Assembly (NCBI GenBank): GCA_003707115.1
Contig: PPNB01000020.1
Coordinates: 1-64,000 of the forward strand
Length of the DNA: 64,000 nt
Reading direction: 5' to 3'
From: Tortispora ganteri
Taxonomy: Eukaryota
Shown here: positions 33,682 to 44,140 of the stretch, one piece after another
Position numbering within the stretch: the first letter of the stretch is position 1
Layout: each line of letters starts with the position of its first letter
Notes under the pieces: generated by a model
What the model saw: the letters and a program-made list of their open reading frames with translations, nothing else
Told to the model about the DNA's origin: nothing
The model's database searches: none
Translations under genes and position numbers: made by a program

Positions 33682-36600
33682 TTATCCCTCAATAACCGAT
33701 ATCTCTTGGTACAAGTCAATGAGACAAGAGGAAGACCAAGCTTGTGTGGTACATGAGTCGCCACAGAATGATCCATCCTTGTTTGTCAATTCAGCTAGCC
33801 CGGCCCATACAGATTCGTTAATATGACGCCTGTGTGCTCTCAATCTCAGATATAGCTGCTGGTATATATCAAGCACTTCGTCGGGTGAATTAGCACGCTT
33901 CATACCAAATTTCAGCATCGCTCTAAAGAAGAAGCCGGAGCACCAAACCCATTCAGGACCTTGGTGATAGTTGCGACCTCTAGAAACTGCAAAATCATCG
34001 TTATCAATTCCATTTATGTAATCCGGTCGATAATTAAAGTCGCTTGGGTCCAATGTTCTCATACCAAGAGGACCTCTAATGTGCTTATCGGCAATGGAAA
34101 TACACTTAATCGCTTTAGATGGATCAAACAATTCAGGAGCAACAGTCATCGCAATAGCAAAATTTGGGCGCAATTGATAGTCTTCATAGAGCTTTCCGGA
34201 GCGGTAAAGATCCTTGTATATTCCCCGGCGGTTAATAATTCCAGTTTCTATGTCATACTCATGATCTTGCGCCGGATCAAGTGGAATGTAATAGCAACGT
34301 TCAAATGATCTCTGCAGTGTGTCATTCCACTTGCTGAATGATATTTTCTCACCGTTAGACTTCGTGACTTCGCTAGTGGAAAACTTTCCTTTCGCGTTCA
34401 TATCAGAAAGCCATCTCAAAGTACTTTTCAACAAACCAGTAATTTCAATTGCTGCTCCGTCTCTTGGAGTACCAGGCCACCCCTTATTACCAGCTCTTTC
34501 AGATTCACCCATCTTATCCATCCAAGTTCCACAATTCCATTGGTTTCCTCCAAAAATTATTCCCGTTTCCCAGTCAACATCAATATCAATATTAAATCCT
34601 TCATCTTTCATCTGAGAGTCAATTGAAGGACCAGCGTGCGCTTCCCTGAAATGAATTCCGGCTGCATGGCGAGACATGATTTCAACAATTATCTCTTCTA
34701 TGCTCGATTCATAGGAATAAGCTTCAGGATCATCGACATCTATCCATCTATCATCCAGCGGAAATCTTCTCTTAACCTTTTCTTGCAAGATACTATATCC
34801 GTCGGGAACAAGTAGACAATAGTCCTGAATAGCTTGGAGGAAGAACCAGACAGAATCACGCGAATTATATCTGGGCCTGTTTCCAGAGTCAAGAAGATTA
34901 GGGATCATCCCGTGCTTTAGAACGCTGGCGAATGCCAATATATGAGCCTTAGCTTCTTCATGTAGACCTGTACAAACCAAAAGGCCTCTGAGAGAAATAA
35001 AAACGTCTCTGCCCCAACATCTCATATAATTCACACTAAAATGTGGTAGACCTGCAGCCAAAGCTCCAGCTTCTGATTTTGGAGTAAGTTTGGCAGACTT
35101 AATCTTACCATGCAGCTGAAAGCTAGTTAGAACCAAAGACCTGTAGAACTCCGTTGGTTCTTTAAAGGGCAGAGTACAAAGTTTGATAGCACGATCAGTA
35201 ATTGCAGAATAAGCAGTCTGAACAATGAGAATAAAAAATCTCGGGCGCAAAAAAGAGGGCAGCTGACTAGCAATACTGAATCGATGCTCAAACCAGTCAC
35301 CAAGTAGCTTCAGCTTCGGGTGAATACTCTCAAGGCGCCGAATTCTTGAAAGGACAAAATCAAAAGCCCAGGTTCCAGCTCTGAGATTGTCACATAGGGC
35401 ATGACCAAGTTGATTGTAACGGATTATCAATCGGAAGACTGATATCCAGCCTTGAAGACCCGCATAAACCAGGCTACCGTAGTTAGGGATGTTATAGACT
35501 CCAAATCGTCCATCTGTAATATCTCGTTCCTCAGCATCAGCCTTGTAAAGGACATCGTTAATAGCGATGGGGTCTAAGTCTTTCACAACTTCAGCAGCAC
35601 CGGTCCTTGCAAGCTGATCGATGTTTCCGTTCTTTTCCATGCTAGGAATTTCCGTGCGGAACAAAGCAATAGAACCCTGAGGAAAATGGGTAGGGAGATG
35701 AACGGTGGCAACGTCTGAATCTGAATATTCAACAGTAGCATCTTCTAGATCTAACAGCTCTCCAGGAACGCCGTTTAGGTGAGTACTGGAGTCCTTAAAA
35801 TCACCAGTAGCATGGAATGTGCAACAAAGAACTTGCTTTAGCTTGGTACCTTGATGAGTTATATTCTCGAGTCTTTGCTCTCCTTCTTGGTGGAATTTGG
35901 TCCTTGCAATCAAAAACCAGCCTTTACCAGTTTTTGCATTAGAGCGTGTGACAGTTATGTATTGTCCTTCATGATGGACAAACATTTCACCAGCACCAGA
36001 AATGCCCATCTCTTCATGCATACGATTCAATATACCCTTTGCACGTGCAATTCCAGGGGGAAAGGTATATTCACGCACTTCGTCAACGACATTCAATAGA
36101 TGAGGATAACCCTCGTCAAATCCAACAACTGAACCAATAGCACACGCGCACATCGCAACCAGAGCGGCATTAGGGAGTGTGTCTCCGAGAGTTCGTCGCT
36201 GATAAGGTGTCTCATTGTCATGAGTACAATCCATAAACAAAGCATGGATTGGACTAGCACGAATATGGACAGGCTTGCCGTCGACTGTACCACGAGAAAT
36301 ACTGCCAATAGGTCTTCCGCCATGTTTATGAACCAAGGTAGAAAGCTCAGCCGGAGTCCAGCATTGCATGGCTTCGCGAATCAAGCTGTTGATACCCAGA
36401 CGTTCCACGAAAATCTTATCCATTGCCTCTGAACCACTGAACAGTTCTGCAACTATGTAGAGATCGGGCCTGACTTCACGGGCTTTGTCTAACAGGTACT
36501 CTCCAACATGAAGAGGAGTAGAATGACAGTTGTCAATGCGGAAACCTTTAAAATGCTTTGCACATATCTGCACGTACTTGGTCATCCTGTCCCACAGGTA

Positions 36601-38124
36601 AGGAGAATCTTCTGGCTTAGCGCCGTACCTTAGCTTTACGCAATCTCCCCACACAATCACTTCGCGGCGAATATAAGCCTTAGACCTGGGACTAGCAAAG
36701 TCAACCAAAGGATTAGCAGCCCAAATCCAACCATTGTTGGCTAAGCCGACAACTTCGCCTGTGTTAGTTGTGACGCGCGTAAAGTAGCTTTCAATAAGAG
36801 GCGAATCAGGCGTGATTTCACCCATTTTAGGTCCATGATCATCAAGGCGAGTATACTTGATTCTGTTGAAAAGCTGTTCAAGCATCACACTAATGTCTTC
36901 ATCAAACTCATGGTAGAACTTAACATTGAGAGCATCTATGACGCGCTGAACCATTTCGCCAAATCGCACGTAACCCATATTGGCATCAACGCCAGGAAGA
37001 CTAACAAAGTAGCCCATAGCTTTCTCAATATCCAGTCTTCTATGGAATCGGCCACCACACATGTCAAACCCGATGCCTGCAACCTCACCAATAAAGTGAG
37101 CTTTATCTTCAAAGGAGCCACTAGTAGGAATTGGGATTGGGGTGATCTGTCCATCAGCTTTTTTCCAGATGTTACGAGCTTCAGCCACAATAGTGAGAAC
37201 ATCCATGACATAGAATTCCCACAATCTAATTGACGGCAGAACATCACGCTTGATTCCTTCCATGATCACCAAAAGATCATCTGTAGAGTTCAGAACGGTT
37301 GGATATCCCAGAAGTTTCATTTCTGCAGAAAATTCAAGAAGTCTAGTGTCCAGTTCATAAGCCGCAGAGAGATGAGGAGAATTTTTAATATTATAGCCGG
37401 AATCAGGATGCTCTTGAAGCCAGGCTGAGTTGTTGGCGGTATGATTAAGCACAACATCAATCAAGGGGATAAGTTCATGCTGTGTTTCCATATGGTCGAC
37501 CAGCTTTGCAATATCATTTTCATTTCCAGGAAACATATCAGGGTCAAAAGTTAGCTGATCATAAATGGAATAAGGAGAGTTTGAGTCACCACGTTGTTGT
37601 AGAGGAGTGAAGTGTACCATATTATAGCCTTTGTTTTTGATAATTTTTAGCTTATCATCCCAGGAATCAAAGGGGCCCATCCATTTAGAGACAACAGTTT
37701 GCATAGCAAGTGCATCTAGTGGCAAGTTTCGGCCTTGGAAAGAAAACCTCGGGTTGACAGTGAAGTAGTAAACCGGAGATTTAACCTTCTCGGTACTCAG
37801 AGGGTCGAGGAAAGGCTTCATAGGATAATATTGAGTGTAGAAAGCGTAGGCACCTGGAGTATGAACTTCGATATCAATACAACAAGTTCCGTTGAACGTG
37901 GCTTTAATTTCATGGCCATAGAATTTGTGACGCATGAATTGCGTGTCTCTTGGAGGGAGATTGGACCATAGCAAGCCGCCTCGAGCGACGTCGGAAGCAC
38001 CAGTTATTTCAAATCGCAAGGTATACGGTTCATGTGGAGGAGGTAGCGCCAAGAATTTACCGTTACCGAGGACAATTGGGGCACCTTCAGCCGTAAGTTT
38101 AATTTCGTATATCTTCTGAATCAT
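33682..38124 (-). CDS. GDB1: Glycogen debranching enzyme
   Basis: HFTPLQ.RG.SNSPYSIYDQ, GFRIDNCHSTP, MDCTHDNE, RCWGRDVFIS, NCGTWMDKMGES, YHQGPEW. Confidence 0.97.
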   Translation of the reverse strand: MIQKIYEIKLTAEGAPIVLGNGKFLALPPPHEPYTLRFEITGASDVARGGLLWSNLPPRDTQFMRHKFYGHEIKATFNGTCCIDIEVHTPGAYAFYTQYYPMKPFLDPLSTEKVKSPVYYFTVNPRFSFQGRNLPLDALAMQTVVSKWMGPFDSWDDKLKIIKNKGYNMVHFTPLQQRGDSNSPYSIYDQLTFDPDMFPGNENDIAKLVDHMETQHELIPLIDVVLNHTANNSAWLQEHPDSGYNIKNSPHLSAAYELDTRLLEFSAEMKLLGYPTVLNSTDDLLVIMEGIKRDVLPSIRLWEFYVMDVLTIVAEARNIWKKADGQITPIPIPTSGSFEDKAHFIGEVAGIGFDMCGGRFHRRLDIEKAMGYFVSLPGVDANMGYVRFGEMVQRVIDALNVKFYHEFDEDISVMLEQLFNRIKYTRLDDHGPKMGEITPDSPLIESYFTRVTTNTGEVVGLANNGWIWAANPLVDFASPRSKAYIRREVIVWGDCVKLRYGAKPEDSPYLWDRMTKYVQICAKHFKGFRIDNCHSTPLHVGEYLLDKAREVRPDLYIVAELFSGSEAMDKIFVERLGINSLIREAMQCWTPAELSTLVHKHGGRPIGSISRGTVDGKPVHIRASPIHALFMDCTHDNETPYQRRTLGDTLPNAALVAMCACAIGSVVGFDEGYPHLLNVVDEVREYTFPPGIARAKGILNRMHEEMGISGAGEMFVHHEGQYITVTRSNAKTGKGWFLIARTKFHQEGEQRLENITHQGTKLKQVLCCTFHATGDFKDSSTHLNGVPGELLDLEDATVEYSDSDVATVHLPTHFPQGSIALFRTEIPSMEKNGNIDQLARTGAAEVVKDLDPIAINDVLYKADAEERDITDGRFGVYNIPNYGSLVYAGLQGWISVFRLIIRYNQLGHALCDNLRAGTWAFDFVLSRIRRLESIHPKLKLLGDWFEHRFSIASQLPSFLRPRFFILIVQTAYSAITDRAIKLCTLPFKEPTEFYRSLVLTSFQLHGKIKSAKLTPKSEAGALAAGLPHFSVNYMRCWGRDVFISLRGLLVCTGLHEEAKAHILAFASVLKHGMIPNLLDSGNRPRYNSRDSVWFFLQAIQDYCLLVPDGYSILQEKVKRRFPLDDRWIDVDDPEAYSYESSIEEIIVEIMSRHAAGIHFREAHAGPSIDSQMKDEGFNIDIDVDWETGIIFGGNQWNCGTWMDKMGESERAGNKGWPGTPRDGAAIEITGLLKSTLRWLSDMNAKGKFSTSEVTKSNGEKISFSKWNDTLQRSFERCYYIPLDPAQDHEYDIETGIINRRGIYKDLYRSGKLYEDYQLRPNFAIAMTVAPELFDPSKAIKCISIADKHIRGPLGMRTLDPSDFNYRPDYINGIDNDDFAVSRGRNYHQGPEWVWCSGFFFRAMLKFGMKRANSPDEVLDIYQQLYLRLRAHRRHINESVWAGLAELTNKDGSFCGDSCTTQAWSSSCLIDLYQEISVIEG

Positions 38125-38754
38125 TTGAGATGGTGGAGTTGGAGTTGGCGGGGGCCGAATTGATCAAGGAAAATAAGGTAGGAGGATGCAATTAGTGCAA
38201 TTGTGTTATATAAATGTACCAAAATAGCTGCAGAGAGGAGAAGAGAAAGGGTATGCAACTAGACTGGCAGATGATCTTTAAGGGTTTAATCTGTATGAAA
38301 CTCTGATCGCTTTAAGCAAGGATATTACATGTAAGGCGGATTAGCAAGTCACTAAATTTTCTCCACAATTGAGCTGTATACTGCAAAATATATTAATAAA
38401 GTAACTCAAAAATAATTACGAAAATCAAGAGGTAAATTAAGGTAATTTTATAAAATGATAGAACGGAACTAACACGGTTTATGTGAACTCCTTATAAACG
38501 ATCTCGAAGGCAGAGTTCGAATTATCCCATCCCATGACCACTTCCAAAGTTCATATTAGAGTTAATATCTGCAGGAACTAGAACTTAGCCTATTGAATTA
38601 AATCCTAGTTGTGTTAAACGTTGAAACTTGTTAATAAGCATGATCTAAAATTTTAATAGTCGCTCAGATAGTCTTTAATACGTGTGTTTCAGAAGTATCA
38701 AATGATTGAAACTTGTTTTGCAAAGATGATGACTTGTGGAGATTATTTGATTTG

Positions 38755-38762
38755 AGCCCTAA
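38755..38762 (+). promoter_or_regulatory. Tbf1-type site AGCCCTAA upstream of U4 snRNA
   Basis: Matches the aRCCCTaa Tbf1 consensus; about 70 bp upstream of U4, with a TATA-like ATAAATA near 38793. Confidence 0.45.
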
Positions 38763-38832
38763 CAGACCTACTACCGTTTATTCCTCAGGAACATAAATAG
38801 TCCCATATCCTGTTGCTTTTCTTTTCTTCTTT

Positions 38833-38960
38833 ATCCTTATGCTCGGGCATTACGCATATCAGTGAGGATTCGTCCGAGATTGTGTATTTGCTGGTTGAAA
38901 ACTATTTTTGACCGCTCTTACAAGGCTTTTATTGTCATGTAAGGAATTTTTGGCCACTAC
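38833..38960 (+). ncRNA. SNR14: U4 spliceosomal snRNA
   Basis: The 5' sequence ATCCTTATGC.CGGG...TACGCATATCAGTGAGGATTCGTCCGAGATTGTGT.TTTGCTGGTTGAAA is nearly identical to yeast U4 (stem II, K-turn 5' stem-loop, stem I). Sm site AATTTTTGG at 38945-38953; 3' end approximate. Confidence 0.95.
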
Positions 38961-39178
38961 TTCGCTTACTGCATATTATCTGCGGTGAGCTCCCACTTTC
39001 TTTAATGTAGACCGATCGTTGTTTATCGATGTAATAACTACTTATTATATGGTTAATTGCTTATAAATGATATTGTAAACCAATTATTCTGTTGATGCAT
39101 AGTCATATGTTCCAATTCTTAAAATACTCAATACTCGTTTTCGTGCTTTCGCTGACCCGCCCAATCTCTGTTTCCGCC

Positions 39179-41167
39179 ATGACTCCTTCACGAGAAAGCG
39201 CCGGCGCTAAACATATCGCATGTGTAGAATGCAGACAGCAGAAAGTCAAATGTGATTCTCATAAAATGCATCCAAATGCTTGTTCTAGATGCGCGCTAAA
39301 AGGAATATCCTGTATAGTTCAACGTGACTATAGGAGGAGAAACAAGCGTGCGCGATTGGAACAGGTAGAAAAGGAATTCCAAGAGTTGAAAAAGGCTATC
39401 GCTTCTACCGATTCAATACCATCAACCTCAAATATTACCTCTTGGGATACACCGATATCTGTAGAGATCTCTAATACCAATGGCCACTCAGATCATAAGT
39501 CCAACCTGATATCTTGGACTGCATTACAAACGCCCTGTGACCAAAAAACGATCTCAGATCTTACTCTTTCAACCGAAGATATTCAGTTCTTGTTTAAACA
39601 CTTTGCAATACATTACCAACACCATATGCCGATCGCTGACCTCACACGACCACCGAGCGATATCTTTGATTTGTCACCCTTGCTCTTCTGGGTCATCATA
39701 TTCACCGCACTACGAAGACTCCCCGATGCTAAATACAGGTCAATATATGACCAACTGGCCGCTAAGATAAAGTCACTTGTCACAGTCACTTTTGTGCACC
39801 CAGATGAGCCCTTCCCACGACTTCCTTCGGTATATTCTGTGCAAGCCCTACTAATATATACATTATGGCCTCCAATGTCATATACAGTAGGCGCAATTAC
39901 CAGTTGGACTACTGCAGGTCTGGCTATGTTTACTGCTGTTAGAATAGGTTTACACCGCCCTGGAAGAGCCCAGGATTTTGACAGAGTGAAAGTATCCCAT
40001 CGGTTACCTGAAGTAATAGAAATAGTGCGAACATGGATCGCGTGCAATATTGTTTCTGAATACACCAGTTTTGCTTTCGGATATCCTTCATTCTCACAAC
40101 ACGAAACTACGGTAGCTTTGCAGTTGCAATTGCCTTCTGCATTTGCTGCTCCGCCTCGAATACAGTTCCAAGCAAAGTGTTTATTGCTCTATGAACAGAT
40201 ACTCACAACAATCACCTATGAAACTCTGGAAAGGATTGATGCCGCGGGATGTGCAGAGAGGGATAGAATCATTCGTTCATTATCTCTCAATATTGATACC
40301 TTCGAGTCCACATACCAGAATATAGATGTAATCGACCAGCTTTCGATACAACTATGTCGCACCTCTTTATTTGGTCTTTACTTGATGGATTACGACTCAG
40401 ATTACCCGAAAATGACTTATGATCGCTACGTTAAGGCATATTCCTCTTCATTGGCTGTTCTAAAACTAGTTATTAGAGCAGAAAGCTTGTACCCTAGCTT
40501 TTTAAGCCATTCGATTATTGCATACTTCTTTGGTCTCGTTATGGCTATGTGCATTATCATGCGTCTCATAGTTCTGCCGTTTTTAGAAGATGATGACTTT
40601 AAATCTGTTAAGCAGATGTTCTACCAATGCATTACACTTATTAGAGATTGTTCTTTCGTGGAAAACGACATGGCTGCTAAGCTGGCACGCGTCCTGGGTA
40701 ATTCATGGAAAGCACAGGATACTCGCAGCAAAGAATTTGGTGCTTCCCCATTTGCAATGCCTACTATGAGCATTCGAACCCGTGGAACAATGAGTGTCAT
40801 TTATGACTCTTTATGGGCTTACAGGAATAAGTACGGTGCGTCAAAGCTGATCGTTCCCGGCAAAAGCGCTAAAGACAGCGTTAAACCAATGCTTCGCGAT
40901 ATTATCACAAACACAGAGTCCAACAAAGAGACACTATATTTTAATGGATCTGAAGTGCAAGAAACAGAACCAGCAACAGCTGCTAACTCTTTCAGCTTGC
41001 TTTCTGATACCAGCGCAGCCGTGATGAATGATCCACAATCACAAGACAACATTGCGCCAATGTGGCAAGATATAGATGCCCTTATGCATTCTATTGGAGA
41101 GTTTTCTGATTTTGGAGATGCAATGGACGTTTCACCTGCCACGGCATCCACAATAGATAACAATTAA
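39179..41167 (+). CDS. LEU3: Zn(II)2Cys6 transcription factor, Leu3-like
   Basis: ACVECRQQK.KCD.H...P..C.RC......C...RDYRR..KRAR.E..EK.F.EL and the C-terminal W.DID.LM activation motif resemble Leu3. Start at 39179 is inferred. Confidence 0.78.
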   Translation: MTPSRESAGAKHIACVECRQQKVKCDSHKMHPNACSRCALKGISCIVQRDYRRRNKRARLEQVEKEFQELKKAIASTDSIPSTSNITSWDTPISVEISNTNGHSDHKSNLISWTALQTPCDQKTISDLTLSTEDIQFLFKHFAIHYQHHMPIADLTRPPSDIFDLSPLLFWVIIFTALRRLPDAKYRSIYDQLAAKIKSLVTVTFVHPDEPFPRLPSVYSVQALLIYTLWPPMSYTVGAITSWTTAGLAMFTAVRIGLHRPGRAQDFDRVKVSHRLPEVIEIVRTWIACNIVSEYTSFAFGYPSFSQHETTVALQLQLPSAFAAPPRIQFQAKCLLLYEQILTTITYETLERIDAAGCAERDRIIRSLSLNIDTFESTYQNIDVIDQLSIQLCRTSLFGLYLMDYDSDYPKMTYDRYVKAYSSSLAVLKLVIRAESLYPSFLSHSIIAYFFGLVMAMCIIMRLIVLPFLEDDDFKSVKQMFYQCITLIRDCSFVENDMAAKLARVLGNSWKAQDTRSKEFGASPFAMPTMSIRTRGTMSVIYDSLWAYRNKYGASKLIVPGKSAKDSVKPMLRDIITNTESNKETLYFNGSEVQETEPATAANSFSLLSDTSAAVMNDPQSQDNIAPMWQDIDALMHSIGEFSDFGDAMDVSPATASTIDNN

Positions 41168-41318
41168 TTCAATACTCTCCGCATCATATATGATGTGTAA
41201 TTGTATTACCGTGGTGGGCTGAAAAATATTCAGTTTACTTAGCAACAGTAGCGGGAATCATATTCTCTCCCTTCTGACCAACCATCGATAGGGGAATTCT
41301 ATCCATACACAGTTAAAC

Positions 41319-41540
41319 ATGGCAGGCCATCTACCATTTAAAAGTGATCCTGCTATTGAAAAGTACTACAATATGCGGGAGTCCTACCCTAAATATTTTC
41401 GATGGACTCCTCGCACGATTGGACTCAGTTTGTTGTTCATTGTAGCGATTCCTGGGGCACTTACCTACGTGGCCTACTCAGTTGAAGGAAAAATCGATAT
41501 GCAAGGCAAGAGAAGAACGGACAGCATATGGAAAAAATAA
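41319..41540 (+). CDS. Complex I accessory subunit B15 (NDUFB4 family)
   Basis: MAGH...DPA..KY..M......YFRWTPRT, one TM helix, then GKRR.D; the fungal B15 pattern. Confidence 0.85.
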   Translation: MAGHLPFKSDPAIEKYYNMRESYPKYFRWTPRTIGLSLLFIVAIPGALTYVAYSVEGKIDMQGKRRTDSIWKK

Positions 41541-41685
41541 TGACTGAATAATGTGGCTATAACTGTTACGAACTCGTTGTCAATATTGGCGATGACTTAT
41601 GTAGAGATACAGAGCGAATATAACTGGAAATAAATGTATAAAATATGTAAAAAGAGGGGGGAAGGATATAGAGAGGGAGTGTCAT

Positions 41686-42327
41686 TTACTTGCGATACCA
41701 CATTCTTGTGATTTTCTGAGCTCGCATCTTTTTCTGAAGTTGGAATACACCGTACATTAGTGCCTCGGCAGTAGGAGGACATCCGGGGACATAAACGTCA
41801 ACAGGAACAATCCTGTCACAGCCTCTTACCACGGAATATGAATAGTGGTAGTATCCGCCGCCGTTAGCGCATGAACCCATAGAAATTACCCATCGGGGCT
41901 CAGGCATTTGATCGTAAACTTGTCGTAGGCATGGTGCCATCTTGTTCGTAAGCGTACCGGCAACAATCATAATGTCACTCTGTCTAGGAGAAGCGCGGAA
42001 AATAATTCCCAGTCTGTCCTGATCGTATCTTGGTGTCGACAGGTGCATCATTTCGACGGCACAACATGCTAAACCGAAAGTCATAGGCCAGAAAGATCCT
42101 TGTCTAGCCCAGCTAGCAATCCTGTCAAGCGATGTCAGGACATAGTCCACAGCGCTGTCTGGCTTCTGCTCACTAGGCAGCGGGTAGTTGGTAGGCATTG
42201 TCGAAGGTGCGTTTAAGGCCTCTTGAACCTGTACTGATGCAGCTGTAGCAGCTGTGCGGCTTGTGTGGACATTGTGGATGCATCCAAATCGCTGAAGCCC
42301 ACGAAATCCTAATCTTGTTCTGAGCAT
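41686..42327 (-). CDS. Complex I core subunit PSST / 20 kDa (NDUFS7, NuoB)
   Basis: [52 protein letters not shown]; mitochondrial presequence from ATG 42327. Confidence 0.97.
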   Translation of the reverse strand: MLRTRLGFRGLQRFGCIHNVHTSRTAATAASVQVQEALNAPSTMPTNYPLPSEQKPDSAVDYVLTSLDRIASWARQGSFWPMTFGLACCAVEMMHLSTPRYDQDRLGIIFRASPRQSDIMIVAGTLTNKMAPCLRQVYDQMPEPRWVISMGSCANGGGYYHYSYSVVRGCDRIVPVDVYVPGCPPTAEALMYGVFQLQKKMRAQKITRMWYRK

Positions 42328-42610
42328 AATTGAACCAGAAAAAAGAAGCTCGTTCGTAGGAAAAGAACCGTAGAAGTTGGTTGGTTGGCGGTCGTAGAAA
42401 AAAGAGGGTCCCAGCTTCACTGTTGGTTTTGGCTAGTACCTTTTTCCGTGTCTTCCAATTGGCCAAAGTCAATACACAGCGCAAATTAAAGTTAATACAT
42501 CTGATAAACCTTCTTTGCTGTACATATAATATTATACATTAAATACAAGTATTCTAAAATGCACTTACTATTGTTCAGTAAGAAGCGAGTTACTAGGCTA
42601 TTCAGCTGAC

Positions 42611-44140
42611 TCAATTGAAGATCTTTTTCTTGATGCTTTTCAATAACCCAGAATTTTTCTCTGCAGCAGAATCAGGGGTCGCTGTAGCTCCAGTATCTAC
42701 GATCGTTACAGGCCCAACGCGAGTAACGGCCTGGAGAGTGCTCGATTCTTGTGGGCTCTGCACAGCTTCTTGCGGGCTCTGCACAACTTCTTGTGGGGTC
42801 AAAGCAGCGGGACCGGCAGAATTAGTGATTTTAGAATTATCTCCTCCAGCAGTGTTAGCATTTCTAGAATCCTCTCCTCCACTAGTGATTGCTAAACCGT
42901 TGGCACCGTCATTGATATTAATGTATCCCAGATTGTTGAATGGCAAGTAAGCGATCTTCCTTGGTACCTGACCACATCCACTAGATCTCTTATCAAAAAC
43001 ATGTGCTGATCCTTCCTCGATTGACTCTGCCTCGATAGATGCTTCCTTATCTTGTTCAATCTCATGTTTGTTAAGATCTTTATAGAACTCATCAGACTCA
43101 TTCTCGCTTCCAAAAACGAAATCACCAGCCTCTTCATTCTCATCCAGCTCTCTCTTCTCATAATCATGTTCACTAAGTTCAGCATCTTTGACAGTTGCTC
43201 TCTTGGAGAAATCATCGAACTTATCATTGTGGTCGTCCTCAAGGTGGCCATCAGCGTGATGATGCTGATGCTCATGATGGAAATCCTCTTCTCCTTTGTG
43301 GTGCCATTCCTTGTGCTTGTGCATAGCTCCTGTTTCATGATGCTTGTGCTTTTCGTAGTGGCTATGAGATTCAATTCCCTTGTGTTCTTCTTCATGTTTG
43401 TGTCCGTGACGTTCCTTGTGCAGATGCTTTTCATGCTCGCTGTGTTGGTGATGTTCTTGGTGGTGATGTTTGTGCTCTTCCTTGTGTTTATGGTCTTGAT
43501 GTTCGTGGTGAAGATGTTTCGCATCATAATCATGTTTGTCTTTGTGACCATGGTGAGATTGCTCATGGTGCTGATGACTATCCGTATGCTTATGACCGTG
43601 ATGCTCATCATGACCGTGATGCTCCTTGTGCTCATGATGCTCCTTATGATTATGATGCATCTTGCTATCATGTTTATGATGTTCCTTGTGGTTGTGCATC
43701 TGCTTTTCATCATGGTTATGATGTTCCTTGTGATCATGGTGTTCCTTTTCCTGATGGTCATGATGCTCCTTATGATCATGATGCTCATTATGGCTATGGA
43801 TTTGCTTCTCGTGGTGTTTATCATGGTGTTCATGTCCATGATGTTCCTTGTGTCCATGATGGTCATGGTGTACATGATGATGGTGATGAATTTCCTTGGG
43901 TCCACATTGATGGTGATGATGAGGCTTGTGGTGATGGCCGTGATGGCCATGATGGCCATATCCCCAGTTTCTAGGTTCAAGGTTGTTAAATTTAGCAGCT
44001 GGTTCTCCTGCGCCTGCATCTTTTTTACTCTCATCAAGATTGGCTTCTCTAGCAGCTTCCACTGATGCGCCAAGCGACTGACCACCAAGAACGAACATGG
44101 CCATCCAAACGTAAACGGCTACCTTTCCAACTCCCTGCAT
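42611..44140 (-). CDS. Predicted secreted histidine-rich repeat protein with Kex2-type sites
   Basis: Hydrophobic N-terminal signal peptide; His-rich tract at about 43244-43954 built of HKEHHx-like units; PR/KR sites flank the domains; ATG-to-stop frame of 509 aa. Confidence 0.8.
   Translation of the reverse strand: MQGVGKVAVYVWMAMFVLGGQSLGASVEAAREANLDESKKDAGAGEPAAKFNNLEPRNWGYGHHGHHGHHHKPHHHHQCGPKEIHHHHHVHHDHHGHKEHHGHEHHDKHHEKQIHSHNEHHDHKEHHDHQEKEHHDHKEHHNHDEKQMHNHKEHHKHDSKMHHNHKEHHEHKEHHGHDEHHGHKHTDSHQHHEQSHHGHKDKHDYDAKHLHHEHQDHKHKEEHKHHHQEHHQHSEHEKHLHKERHGHKHEEEHKGIESHSHYEKHKHHETGAMHKHKEWHHKGEEDFHHEHQHHHADGHLEDDHNDKFDDFSKRATVKDAELSEHDYEKRELDENEEAGDFVFGSENESDEFYKDLNKHEIEQDKEASIEAESIEEGSAHVFDKRSSGCGQVPRKIAYLPFNNLGYININDGANGLAITSGGEDSRNANTAGGDNSKITNSAGPAALTPQEVVQSPQEAVQSPQESSTLQAVTRVGPVTIVDTGATATPDSAAEKNSGLLKSIKKKIFN
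42746..42797 (-). repeat. 21-bp tandem repeat (2.5 copies) encoding PQE(V/A)VQS
   Basis: + strand: TTCTTGTGGGCTCTGCACAGC / TTCTTGCGGGCTCTGCACAAC / TTCTTGTGGG. Confidence 0.85.

Noticed and set aside
38726..38760. C-box-like ATGATGA upstream of U4 (possible C/D snoRNA)
   Set aside because: No suitably placed CTGA D box or terminal stem; it lies in the U4 promoter region.
42892..44088. Two extra long ORFs (398 aa on -, 337 aa on + at 43052-44065) overlapping the His-rich gene
   Set aside because: They are the shifted and antisense readings of CAT/CAC-rich repeats (Ile/Met/Thr-rich and Met/Val/Leu-rich). Stops are absent because of the repeat composition. Only the His frame has an ATG start, a signal peptide and a coherent domain layout.
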